Assembly (NCBI GenBank): GCA_051530055.1
Contig: CM121343.1
Coordinates: 4,744,389 to 4,808,388 of the forward strand
DNA: 64,000 nt
Origin: Neoechinorhynchus agilis
Taxonomy: Eukaryota > Animalia > Acanthocephala
Direction: 5' to 3'
A program made the translations under genes and the position numbers. This document shows, in pieces, positions 48,501-61,334 of the stretch (position 1 is its first letter; every line of letters starts with the position of its first letter). Under the pieces are notes generated by a model that was not told the origin of the DNA, made no database searches, and was given only the letters and a program-made list of their open reading frames with translations.

Positions 48501-51500
48501 GTTCTTTCCTGGCCAATAAATCAGTGGACTGTGTGCCCAAATCCGCCAAATAAAGGGAATTTGAGCAACCTCAAATATATACTAAAAAATGTATTCGGCT
48601 GAGCCACAAATATGCTAAAGAATTGAAACATTCCTGAATTGTTTTGATCAAGGGTTCGAATCCGTTACCGCCGATGACCCATAACCAAAGGGAACGATAT
48701 ACTTCGTTGAAGAGAGGGAGCTAACTGATGAGTTCCGCCTCCTCGGGAGGTATCTGAATATCCGTAGAAATGTACAGACCAATAATTGTTCGGTCGGGGG
48801 TATTTAGCGAAGACCATTTCTTTCCTGGCCAATAAATCAGTGGACTGTGTGCCCAAATCCGCCAAATAAAGGGAATTTGAGCAACCTCAAATATATACTA
48901 AAAAATGTATTCGGCTGAGCCACAAATATGCTAAAGAATGTAAACATTCCTGAATTGTTTTGATCAAGGGTTCGAATCCGTTACCGCCGATGACCAATAA
49001 CCAAAGGGAACGATATACTTCGTTGAAGAGAGGGAGCTCACTGATGAGTTCCGCCTCCTCGGGAGATATCTGAATATCCGCAGGAATTACAGACTCATAA
49101 TTGTTCGGTCGTGGGTATTTAGCGAAGACCAGCTCTTTCCTGGCCAATAAATCAGTGGTCTGTGTGCCCAAATCAGCCAAATAAAGGGAATTTGAATAAC
49201 CTCAAATATATACAAAAATAAGTATTCGGCTGAGCCACAAATATGCAAAAGAATTGAAACATTCCTGAATTGTTTTGATCAAGGGTCCGAATCCGTTACC
49301 GCCGATGATCCACAACCAAAGGGAACGATATACTTCGTTGAAGAGAGCTAGCTCACTGATGAGTTCCGCCTCCTCGGGAGGTATCTGAATATCCGTAGGA
49401 ATTACAGACTCATAATTGTTCGGTCGGGGGTATTTAGCGCAGACCAGTTCTTTCCTGGCCAATAAATCAGTGGACTGTGTGTCCAAATCCGCCAAATAAA
49501 GGGAATTTGAGCAACCTCAAATATATACTAAAAATGTATTCGGCTGAGCCACAAATATGCTAAAGAATGGAAACATTCCTGAATTGTTTTGATCAAGGGT
49601 TCGAATCCGTTACCGCTGATGACCCATAACCAAAGGGAACGATATACTTCGTTGAAGAGAGGGAGCTCACTGATGAGTTCCGCCTCCTCGGGAGGTACCT
49701 GAATATCCGTAGAAATGTACAGACTCATAATTGTTCGGTCGTGGGTATTTAGCGAAGACCAGTTCTTTCCTGGCCAATAAATCAGTGGACTGTGTGCCCA
49801 AATCCGCCAAATAAAGGGAATTTGAGCAACCTCAAATATATACTAAAAAATGTATTCGGCTGAGCCACAAATATGCTAAAGAATCGAAACATTCCTGAAT
49901 TGTTTTGATCAAGGGTTCGAATCCGTTACCGCCGATGACCCATAACCAAAGGGAACGATATACTTCGTTGAAGAGAGGGAGCTCACTGATGAGTTCCGCC
50001 TCCTCGGGAGGTATCTGAATATCCGTAGAAATGTACAGACTCATATAGTTTTCGGTCGTGGGTATTTATCGAAGACCAGTTCTTTCCTTTCCAATAAATC
50101 AGTGGGTTTTGTGTCCAAATCCGCAAAATAAAGGGAATTTGAGAAACCTCAAATAGATACTAAAAAATGTATTCGGCTGAGCCACAAATTTGCTAAAGAA
50201 TCGAAACATTCCTGAATTGTTTTGATCAAGGGTTCGAATCCGTTACCGCCGATGATCCATAACCAAAGGGAGCGATATACTTCGTTCAAGAGAGGGAGCC
50301 CACTGATGAGTTCCGCCTCCTCGGGAGGCATCTGAATATCCGCAGGAATTACAGACTAATAATTGTTCGGTCGTGGGTATTTAGCGAAGACCAGTTCTTT
50401 CCTGGCCAATAAATCAGTGGACTGTGTGTCCAAATCCGCCAAATAAAGGGAATTTGAGCAACCTCAAATATATGCTAAAAAATTTATTCGGCTGAGCCAC
50501 AAATATGCTCAAGAATCTAAACATTCCTGAATTGTTTGGATCAATTGTTCGAATCCGTTACCGCCGATGACCAATAACCAAAGGGAACGATATACTTCGT
50601 TGAAGAGAGGGAGCTCACTGATGAGTTCCGCCCCCTCGAGAGGTTTCTGAATATCCGTAGAAATGTACAGACTCATAATTGTTCGGTCGTGGGTATTTAG
50701 CGAAGGCCAGTTCCTTCCTGGCCAATAAATAAGTCGACTGTGTGCCCAAATCCGCCAAATAAAGGGAATTTGAGCAACCTCAAATATATACTAAAAAAAG
50801 TATTCGGGTGAGCCACAAATATGCTAAAGAATTGAAACATTCCTGAATTGTTTTGATCAAGGGTACGAATCCGTTACCGGCGATGACCCATAACCAAAGG
50901 GAGCGATATACTTCGTTGAAGAGAGGGAGCCCACTGATGAGTTCCGCCTCCTCGGGAGGCATCTGAATATCCGTAGAAATGTACAGACTCATATAGCTGT
51001 TCGGTCGTGGGTATTTAGCGAAGACCAGTTCTTTCCTGGCCAATAAATCAGTGGACTGTGTGTCCAAATCCGCCAAATAAAGGGAATTTGAGCAACCTCA
51101 AATATATACTAAAAAATTTATTCGGCTGAGCCACAAATATGCTCAAGAATCTAAACATTCCTGAATTGTTTGGATCAATTGTTCGAATCCGTTACCGCCG
51201 ATGACCCATAACCAAAGGGAGCGATATACTTCGTTGAAGAGAGGGAGCTCACTGATGAGTTCCGCCTCCTCGGGAGGTATCTGAATATCCGCAGAAATTA
51301 CAGACTCATATAATTGTTCGGTCGTGGGTATTTAGCGAAGACCAGTTCTTTCCTGGCCAATAAATCAGTGGACTGTGTGTCCAAATCCGCCAAATAAAGG
51401 GAATTTGAGCAACCTCAAATATATACTAAAAAATGTATTCGGCTGAGCCACAAATATGCTAAAGAATTGAAACATTCCTGAATTGTTTTGATCAAGGGTT

Positions 51501-54500
51501 CGAATCCGTTACCGCCGATGACCCATAACCAAAGGGAACGATATACTTCGTTGAAGAGAGGGAGCCCACTGATGAGTTCCGCCTCCTCGGGAGGCATCTG
51601 AATATCCGTAGAAATGTACAGACTCATATAGCTGTTCGGTCGTGGGTATTTAGCGAAGACCAGTTCTTTCCTGGCCAATAAATCAGTGGACTGTGTGTCC
51701 AAATCCGCCAAATAAAGGGAATTTGAGCAACCTCAAATATATGCTAAAAAATTTATTCGGCTGAGCCACAAATATGCTCAAGAATCTAAACATTCCTGAA
51801 TTGTTTGGATCAATTGTTCGAATCCGTTACCGCCGATGACCAATAACCAAAGGGAACGATATACTTCGTTGAAGAGAGGGAGCTCACTGATGAGTTCCGC
51901 CCCTCGAGAGGTTTCTGAATATCCGTAGAAATGTACAGACTCATAATTGTTCGGTCGTGGGTATTTAGCGAAGGCCAGTTCCTTCCTGGCCAATAAATAA
52001 GTCGACTGTGTGCCCAAATCCGCCAAATAAAGGGAATTTGAGCAACCTCAAATATATACTAAAAAAAGTATTCGGGTGAGCCACAAATATGCTAAAGAAT
52101 TGAAACATTCCTGAATTGTTTTGATCAAGGGTACGAATCCGTTACCGGCGATGACCCATAACCAAAGGGAGCGATATACTTCGTTGAAGAGAGGGAGCCC
52201 ACTGATGAGTTCCGCCTCCTCGGGAGGCATCTGAATATCCGTAGAAATGTACAGACTCATATAGCTGTTCGGTCGTGGGTATTTAGCGAAGACCAGTTCT
52301 TTCCTGGCCAATAAATCAGTGGACTGTGTGTCCAAATCCGCCAAATAAAGGGAATTTGAGCAACCTCAAATATATGCTAAAAAATTTATTCGGCTGAGCC
52401 ACAAATATGCTCAAGAATCTAAACATTCCTGAATTGTTTGGATCAATTGTTCGAATCCGTTACCGCCGATGACCCATAACCAAAGGGAACGATATACTTC
52501 GTTGAAGAGAGGGAGCTCACTGATGAGTTCCGCCTCCTCGGGAGGTATCTGAATATCCGCAGGAATTACAGACTAATAATTGTTCGGTCGTGGGTATTTA
52601 GCGAAGACCAGTTCTTTCCTGGCCAATAAATCAGTGGACTGTGTGCCCAAATCCGCCAAATAAAGGGAATTTGAGAAACCTCAAATAGATACTAAAAAAT
52701 GTATTCGGCTGAGCCACAAATTTGCTAAAGAATCGAAACATTCCTGAATTGTTTTGATCAAGGGTTCGAATCCGTTACCGCCGATGATCCATAACCAAAG
52801 GGAGCGATATACTTCGTTGAAGAGAGGGAGCCCACTGATGAGTTCCGCCTCCTCGGGAGGCATCTGAATATCCGCAGGAATTACAGACTAATAATTGTTC
52901 GGTCGTGGGTATTTAGCGAAGACCAGTTCTTTCCTGGCCAATAAATCAGTGGACTGTGTGTCCAAATCCGCCAAATAAAGGGAATTTGAGCAACCTCAAA
53001 TATATACTAAAAAATTTATTCGGCTGAGCCACAAATATGCTAAAGAATTGAAACATTCCTGAATTGTTTTGATCAATGGTTCGAATCCGTTACCGCCGAT
53101 GACCCATAACCAAAGGGAACGATATACTTCGTTGAAGAGAGGGAGCTCACTGATGAGTTCCGCCTCCTCGGGAGGTTTCTGAATATCCGTAGAAATGTAC
53201 AGACTCATAATTGTTCGGTCGTGGGTATTTAGCGAAGACCAGTTCTTTCCTGGCCAATAAATCAGTGGACTGTGTGCCCAAATCCGCCAAATAAAGGGAA
53301 TTTGAGCAACCTCAAATATATACTAAAAAATGTATTCGGCTGAGCCACAAATATGCTAAAGAATTGAAACATTCCTGAATTGTTTTGATCAAGGGTTCGA
53401 ATCCGTTACCGCCGATGACCCATAACCAAAGGGAACGATATACTTCGTTGAAGAGAGGGAGCTCACTGATGAGTTCCGCCTCCTCGGGAGGTTTCTGAAT
53501 ATCCGTAGAAATGTAAAGACTCATAATTGTTCGGTCGTGGGTATTTAGCGAAGACCAGTTCTTTCCTGACCAATAAATCAGTGGACTATGAGCCCAAAAC
53601 CGCCAAATAAATAGAATTTGAGCAACCTCAAATATATACTAAGAAATGTATTCGGCTGAGCCACAAATATGCTAAAGAATTGAAACATTCCTGAATTGTT
53701 TTGATCAAGGGTTCGAATCCGTTACCGCCGATGTTCCATAACCAAAGGGAGCGATATACTTCGTTGAAGAGAGGGAGCTCACTGATGAGTTCCGCCTCCT
53801 CGGGAGGCATCTGAATATCCGCAGGAATTACAGACTCATGATTGTTCGGTCGTGGGTATTTAGCGAAGACCATTTCTTCCCTGGCCAATAAATCGGTGGA
53901 CTATGTGCCCAAATCCGCCAAATAAATAGAATTTGAGCAACCTCAAATATATACTAAAAAATGTATTCGGCTGAGCCACAAATATGCTAAAGAATTACAA
54001 CATTCCTGAATTGTTTTGATCAATGGTTCGAATCCGTTACCGCCGATGATCCATAACCAAAGGGAACGATATACTTCGTTTAAGAGAGGGAGCTCACGGA
54101 TGAGTTCCCCTCCTCGGTAGGTTTCTGAATATCCGTAGAAATGTAACGACTCATAATTGTTCGGTCGTGGGTATTTAGCGAAGACCAGCTCTTTCCTGGC
54201 GAATAAATCAGTGGACTGTGTGCCCAAATCCGCCAAATAAAGGGAATGTGAGCAACCTCAAATATATACTAAGAAATGTATTCGGCTGAGCAACAAATAT
54301 GCTAAAGAATTGAAACATTCCTGAATTGTTTTGATCAAGGGTTCGAATCCGTTACCGCCGATGATCCATACCCAAAGGGAGCGATATACTTCGTTGAAGA
54401 GAGGGAGCTCACTGATGAGTTCCGCCTCCTCGGGATGTATATGAATATCCGTAGAAATGTAGAGACTCATAATTGTTCGGTCGTGGGTATTTAGCGAAGA

Positions 54501-56190
54501 TAAGTTCTTACTTGGCCAATAAATCAGTGGACTGTGTGCCCAAATCCGTCAAATAAAGGGAATTTGAATAACCTCAAATATATACAAAAATAAGTATTCG
54601 GCTTAGCCACAAATATGCAAAAGAATTGAAACATTCCTGAATTGTTTCGATCAAGGGTCCGAATCCGTTACCGCCGATGATCCACAACCAAAGGGAACGA
54701 TATACTCATTGAAGAGAGGGAGCTCACTGATGAGTTCCGCCTCCTCGGGAGGTATCTGAATATCCGTAGAAATGTACAGACTCATAATTGTTCGGTCGTG
54801 GGTATTTAGCGAAGACCAGTTCTTTCGTGGCCAATAAATAAGTGGACTGTGTGCCCAAATCCGCCAAATAAAGGGAATTTGAGCAACCTCAAATATATAC
54901 TAAAAAATGTATTCGTGTGAGCCACAAATATGCTAAAGAATTGGAACATTCCTGAATTGCTTTGATCAAGGGTTCGATTCCGTTACCGGCGATGACCCAT
55001 AACCAAAGGTAACGATATACTTCGTTATAGAGTTATAGAGAGGGAGCTCACTGATGAGTTCCGCCTCCTCGGGAGGTTTCTGAATATCCGTAGAAATGTA
55101 CAGACTCATAATTGTTCGGTCGTGGGTATTTAACGAAGACCAGTTCTTTCCTGGCCAATAAATCAGTGGACTGTGGGCCCAAATCCGCCAAATAAAGGGA
55201 ATTTGAGCAACATATAATCTATACTAAAAAATGTATTCGGCTGAGGCGCAAATATGCTAAAGAATCGAAACATTCCTGAATTGTTTTGATCAAGGGTTCG
55301 AATCGGTTACCGCCGATGACCCATAACCAAAGGGAACGATATACTTCGTTGAAGAGAGGGAGCTCACTGATGAGTTCCGCCTCCTCGGGAGGTATCTGAA
55401 TATCCGCGGGAATTACAGACTCATAATTGTTCGGTCGTGGGTGTTTAGCGAAGGCCAGTTCTTTCCTGGCCAATAAATCAGTGGACTGTGTGCGCAAATC
55501 CGCCCAATAAAGGGAATTTGAGCATCCTCAAATATATGCAAAAAAATTTATTCGGCTGAGCCACAAATATGCTAAAGAATTGAAGCATTCCTGAATTGTT
55601 TTGATCGAGGGTTCGAATCCGTTACCGCCAATTATCCATAACCAAAGGGAACGATATACTCGTTGAAGAGAGGCGGCTCACTGATGAGTTTCGCCTCCTC
55701 GGGAGGTATCTGAATATCCGTAGAAATGTACAGACTCATATAGTTGTTCGGTCGTGGGTATTTAACGAAGACCATTTCTTTCCTGGCCAATATATCGGTG
55801 GACTGTGTGCCCAAATCCGCCAAATAAAGGGAATTTGAGCAACCTCAAATATATACTAAAAATGTATTCGGCTGAGCCACAAATATGCTAAAGAATTGAA
55901 ACATTCCTGAATTGTTTTGATCAAGGGTTCGAATCCGTTACCGCCGATGACCCATAACTAAAGCGAACGATCTACTTCGTTGAAGAGAGGGAGTTCACTG
56001 ATGAGTTCCGCCTCCTCGAGAGGTTTCTGAATATCCGTAGGAATGTACAGACTCATAATTGTTCGGTCGTGGGTATTTAGCGCAGACCAGTTCTTTCCTG
56101 ACCAATAAATCGGTTTACTGTGTGCCCAAATCCGCCAAATAAAGGGATTTTAAGCAACCTCAAATGTGTACTAAAAACGTATTCGGCGTA
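42530..56190 (+). repeat. ~316-bp tandem satellite, about 43 copies; each unit carries permuted hammerhead-like strands on +
   Basis: Periodicity 316-317 bp (e.g. 46044, 46360, 46676, 46992, 47308). Edges more diverged. Motif GGAAC-GAT-ATACTT...TCA-CTGATGA-GTTCC...AGGTAT-C-TGA, e.g. 44268-44334. Confidence 0.97.
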
Positions 56191-58597
56191 TAGTTGTCCA
56201 ATCCACTAAAGACAGTTCCGTGTGTACGCGTAAATGTTTATGATCGATTGGTGATCCCAATAAGAACGTGTCCGGAATCATTAGTGGTAAAATGTTTCGA
56301 GGGCAGGCACTTAAAGGTGGCTACGGCCGCTGAGATTGATCTGATTAATATGGCCTTCGTATATTTTGCGGTGGTGTGACATGCGTTCGAGAATCGCTTT
56401 TATAAATCGGGAAATTTATCAAAATCCGGTCCGGTACTTTCACCCTTGCTAAAACGAGAAGTACCGTCGTTGCGTTAGACATAATCAACGTTATATTGAT
56501 TTCGATGCGACAGGTAGAAATCCATCGAATTTCGCTGTTCACTTTTCAGATAACTTCGCGCTATCTTATCCATGCTCTTCTTAAGAAGTATAATTTCGAT
56601 AATAGGGATCATTCCAACGACCAGTCGTCAGAAATTAGGGCGAAAAATACCACATTCGGTGAATTCATTCTCAATGAAAATTGTGGATGCAAGCGAGTAA
56701 ATGGTAAGGCTTGTTTCTTTGATTGATAAACCTCGTCTTCCTCGTATTGTTATTGAATTCGCCTCATTTGCCATATTTAAATAATCTTTTAATTCACAGG
56801 ACGGCACCTGAATGATCCAGAGCGGCGGTGTGAATTAACAGGTTATTAAAATAAATTATCCATAACTCCCTTAGTATTTGTAGGATAAAAGTGCTAAAGT
56901 GGAACGCTGAGTTCAGATAAAACTAACCGAAAGCTTTCGTTTTTAATATCGAATGAGCCAGATTACTATGCACCACTGCTTGACCGTGGATTTTACCTAT
57001 AGATATTTTGATTTTAAGCATTCTTAATCCAATAAATGACTAAGTTGCCGTTAATTATAGGATCTCTCAAAGCATGCTTAATCTTACTTTTTGTTTTAAT
57101 CTATTGAATTCAAATATCTGATGCTTGATAGGTAGAGTATTAACGAAACCGAGTTTTAGCAACCGTTTCATGGACGGGTTTTTTACACGAAATCATGCAA
57201 TATTTTTATTCTTACATTAATCTTAGCCAAAAAAATTTTTCAAATTATTTAAAGGAAGAGGATTGTTATTATTTTGCGATAACAACATACAGCATCTTAG
57301 TTTTACTAACTAAGCCAAGAACGCAATACTTAAGTCGCAGTAAATAAGATATTTACGGTCGTTTAAATATATTTCTAAAAAATCTATTGATGTCAGATAT
57401 TTGGCGCTTGATAGACAGAATATTTACGCAATCGGGAAATTCGATCCATGCAATAATCGTCAACCTAAAGTCCAACTGTTTTTTGCTGTCCTATCAAAAC
57501 AATATGTAAGCATTCACGTTTTCGGCATTTTGCCCAGATTGATTTTTAAAGCAATAAGGAAAGTACTTTTAGCAACTAAATATTATTATCATGATTTCGG
57601 CTTAATATTATTAAAAGCGGCGCAAATATTTTTGCCTAGACACTAAAGAGCTTTAAATTCATTTCACTGAAACTCAATCCATTTGATCAAGTTTCACATA
57701 TTCTTCAAAACCAGATCGTTATCAACTTTATGGTCGGTCCACGTGACCGCTAGTTTTGAATGGAAAGCACATTTCTTTAGGAAACTCATCCATAATCGTC
57801 GATATTTGCTGCAATTGAATAATATCTATCAAAAATGCAAAATTCAGTGAATAACTTACCAAATGAAGAACTCTGTTTAAAGGATACGGAGATCAATCTT
57901 CGTTCTCCCACGACCTCAGCCAGGATCAAAGCAAGTTGCAGGCAGCATTTAGGACAAACTAAGCGGATTTTAGGCGATGTTGTGCTTGATGTTGCCATAG
58001 CAAATAAAGCAGCACTTCAATCCGATTCCAGAAATGCCGAATGGACATTTGACACTAACATTTATTTATTTCGTTTTATTCATTGATGTTTCCTTATCTT
58101 TAGCATTTCCTCAGCTAACTATAATCTCTAATTACTGTATAGTAGATGACAACATTGGACAAATTAAAAGCGAATTTTTAAGAAATCATTTGTAATTTTA
58201 ACTCTATTGGTCAAAATTCGCTATTCAAAGCTTGAATGAAAGTTCATGTTAAAAAATGGTGATGTTTTCGAGTTTACAGTAAAGGACCAAGAAAAAATAT
58301 TAAAGCCAATGAATTCACAAATCCAATGTGATTTTGCGATTATTTTTCCTTTTTATATGTGGACTTTGCGAGTGAACAATAAAAATGCAACGCTAATCAA
58401 ATATGTTCAATTCGTGCAGAAGCAATCGACATTTCCGATCATTTTTCGATTGCATTCTGACCTAGAAAACCAAGGTATGAAATTTGAACAAAGAATGGAT
58501 TTGAACAAATAAGGTATTCATGGATAAAAAAATCCTTCGGGCTAGTCAAAGTATTATTTTGGTGATCATAATCCCGGTAATAGCAGATTTGATTTAT

Positions 58598-58636
58598 TGG
58601 AAATATTTCGCGAAGTGACCTCGCCTCATCAGTCAT
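58598..58636 (-). ncRNA. Minimal type I hammerhead (PLE type), inverted just upstream of the PLE fragment
   Basis: Minus strand ATGA-CTGATGA-G-GCGAGG(TCA)CTTCGC-GAA-ATAT-T-TCCA followed by AATAAA. Stem I reduced to 2 bp. Confidence 0.6.
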
Positions 58637-58699
58637 CTACAAAATAATATGCTTTGTTATTCAGGTTTTGAGCTCGAGTGCACGGGATCGCCATCCGTT

Positions 58700-59640
58700 C
58701 CCATGATTTTAGTATTGATTTTCAACACGGCGCTGGCTAGCAGTTTCAGTGGACGATGGAGGTTGAGGAACATGGTCATTTTTCATTTCTTGACGTTTCT
58801 ATCCAACGGAGTGGATTACTTTACACGACAAGTGTATACAGGAAACGAGGAGTCCCACACGGTTTCGTACCGTGGAATACTATGCAACCTCAGATGTACA
58901 AGGTGTCTAGAGTAAGACCCTTGTTTTATAGAGCCTTCGCACATTGTAGTAATGAACACATACGAAATGAGGAGATCAAATATATCATCGAAAAGTCGGG
59001 GTCGCTGGGATATCCCCTACACCTAGTAGAGAACTGCCTCAAAGATGTCAAATACAGTTTCGAATCGCCAACTATTAAAAAGGAGAAGATTTTTCTCGAA
59101 GTACTTTTCCTTGATGAAGTTTCATTTAGGAACATGAAAAGGACAATCAAGTATGCGAATGACGAGTTGGCGATCGAAGTTTTTTGCAAGAGAGGTAGAA
59201 CTTTGAATACGATCATCTCAAATATAAAAACGGAGCCACGACCTGAGTCGGTCTATAAGATCCCTTGCATGGACTGTGACGAAGTGTATGTCGGACAAAC
59301 TATTAATATCGACAGACGAACCCGAGAACACAAATGTGCAGTTAGCAAAAAGAAGGATCTTAGCTCAGCAGTAGTCACGCATGTCATGAAAACTCGTCAT
59401 CGAATCGATTTCAACAACACAAAGGTGTTGTCACGTAATCAGGATCGATTCGGACGATTGGTGATGGAAGCCAGTTGTATCAAATACCTTCCAACTTTCG
59501 AAGGTAGCAAAGCGGACTACAAACTGAAACCCAGAATACCGCCAGATAAGGGGGAGTGGAAAAGCGATCGCCAAAAACCCTGACCTTTTCAGATTGACTG
59601 AAGAAAACCCACGTGAGGGTCGAAATATTTCAATAAAATA
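58700..59640 (+). mobile_element. 5'-truncated Penelope-like element (RT thumb + GIY-YIG endonuclease + terminal repeat)
   Basis: FLDVSI...TSVYRK, LFYRAF..CS, LGYP and VYKIPCMDCDEVYVGQT...RTREH. Terminal hammerhead and AATAAA. Confidence 0.92.
59593..59634 (+). ncRNA. Minimal type I hammerhead at the PLE 3' terminal repeat
   Basis: ATTGA-CTGAAGA-AA-ACCC(ACGTGA)GGGT-C-GAA-ATAT-T-TCAAT. Stem I 5 bp, palindromic ATAT. The pair at the base of stem II is an A-C mismatch. Confidence 0.75.
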
Positions 59641-59689
59641 TTATTTGTACTACTTCCCTTCTTTTTACAAACAATGGATTATATCTTTA

Positions 59690-61270
59690 CAAAAAAGGAT
59701 TTTGGACTTTGCGTTCGCAAATAAACTTCGCATCACGAACACTTACTTTAAGAAAGAAGAACGACAACTTGTGACTAACAGCGGTGGCGGCGGGCGAGAG
59801 GAAAACGAAAAATCGATTATATCCTCTATCCACAAGAAAAATGGAGCAAAGTGAAAAACGTTAAACCTATACCTGAGGAGACGTGAGCATCCGAACATCG
59901 TTTACTGTGCATAGAACTGGAGATCAAGAATATGAAACGACCCAAATACAGAATGCCTAATAAAATCAAATGGTGGCGACTTGATCAAACTCTATATCAT
60001 GAGGAATTCAAGAAACCGATCATCAATATTCTAAATCACGACATATTGAGGACACGAACAGATGGTGGATTAAATCGGCAGAGGAAATTCGTAGAATAGG
60101 CAGAGAAATCCTTGGAGTAACCACAGGTACCGGCGCTCCTTTTTCAATACTGTCCAATCTTCTCGAATAACATGACGGGAAATGAATCGGAGGAAAAGCC
60201 AACCTCACAGGCTCTCCAACAAACAGTAACCGCTCATCCCCACCCGAACGGACTTCCCCCCAATCGGATCTTCCCACTCGACCAAAACAGTAATATATTA
60301 AATAATAATCAACATCCGCATTTTTTGAATAACTCTGAACTCGAGTGTTTATGAGGAGACCCCAACGGTGCATAGGTCCTATTCCTTGTATTTTAACAAA
60401 TAAACGTGTTAGTAAAGGTAAAAGACCGAAACAATAACATGGTGGTGGAAAGACGAGGTGCAAAAGGCGATAGCGGACAAATAGAGTGCGAAAAAGAAAG
60501 TGGATGCAGATCAACCAAGGGGGAATAAGGAAATATATAAGAAGGCGAGAAAAAGAACTAAGAAAGCTGTGGCGATAGGGATTCAAGAAGCAAATCCGAT
60601 CTTCTATTCAAAGCTGCAAGAAGACAAAACAATGTCATATGTGTTCAAAGTGGCGAAGATCAGGGATCGAAGGATATTACGAAAGTAAAGAAAATTAAGG
60701 ACAAGGATGGGAACATTTTGAGCGAAGAAAAAGAAGTTAAAGAAAGGTGGATAGAATACTTTGATCGACTGCTGGACAGTAAGGTTCGAGTCGAGAAGAG
60801 TTTGCTAGGTAAGCTTTTTATTCAGTTTTATTTTGGGCTATGATATCCGTGAATATGGGGCAATATGGAAAAAAGAAACGGAGGTAGATAAAGGATCGAG
60901 GTTGAGGGAGGATGATAGGAATTTGGGATTGCGAGTGTTGTGCTCGTGTTAAAAGGGGAGTAAAATGTTGTAAAAATTGTAGAGGAAGAGTTGAGAAGCG
61001 TTTTGATTGTCTGTTGAAAATCTTATAAAGGTATTCGGTGAACGGATGAAAATCAACTTTGCGAATTTTAGATGCTCTGAAATGAACATGATTAGGTGGA
61101 TGTGTGGGGGGACCAAGCAAGGCATGATCCCAAATAGTGCGGCGGTTGGAAGACGTGAAGGGAGATATCGCGAGGACGTGAAGGAAGCTGGAGCGATATG
61201 ATGAAAGGTGAAGAGCCGAATCGATTTATTCGAAAAGTTGAGGAAATGGAAATCGAAGGGAGCGGGCTGA
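59690..61270 (+). mobile_element. Fragmented RTE-clade LINE (APE end, linker, RT tail) with nested L2-like pieces (about 60170-60430 and 60790-61075)
   Basis: RILDFAFANKLRITNTYFKKEE, IDYI, SEHRLL, KIKWWRL, VKERWIEYFDRLL and EMNMIRWMCG. 60790-61075 is the reverse complement of the L2-like tail. Confidence 0.8.
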
Positions 61271-61334
61271 GGACCGACATTGAAGAGAAACGCGCCGGAG
61301 GGGTGTGTGAACTCTTAGTACTGCAGGTTTTATG

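Noticed and set aside
42837-55823. Dozens of 60-98-aa minus-strand ORFs (MSLYISTDIQ...) as a protein family
   Set aside because: One per satellite unit, with frequent frameshifts between copies, so no sign of frame maintenance.
42530-56190. CRISPR array or other prokaryotic repeat system
   Set aside because: No unique spacers, no cas genes, and a eukaryotic context with spliceosomal introns.
56194-58512. Possible multi-exon gene after the satellite
   Set aside because: Short ORFs and splice-like motifs on both strands; no product recognised, left unannotated.
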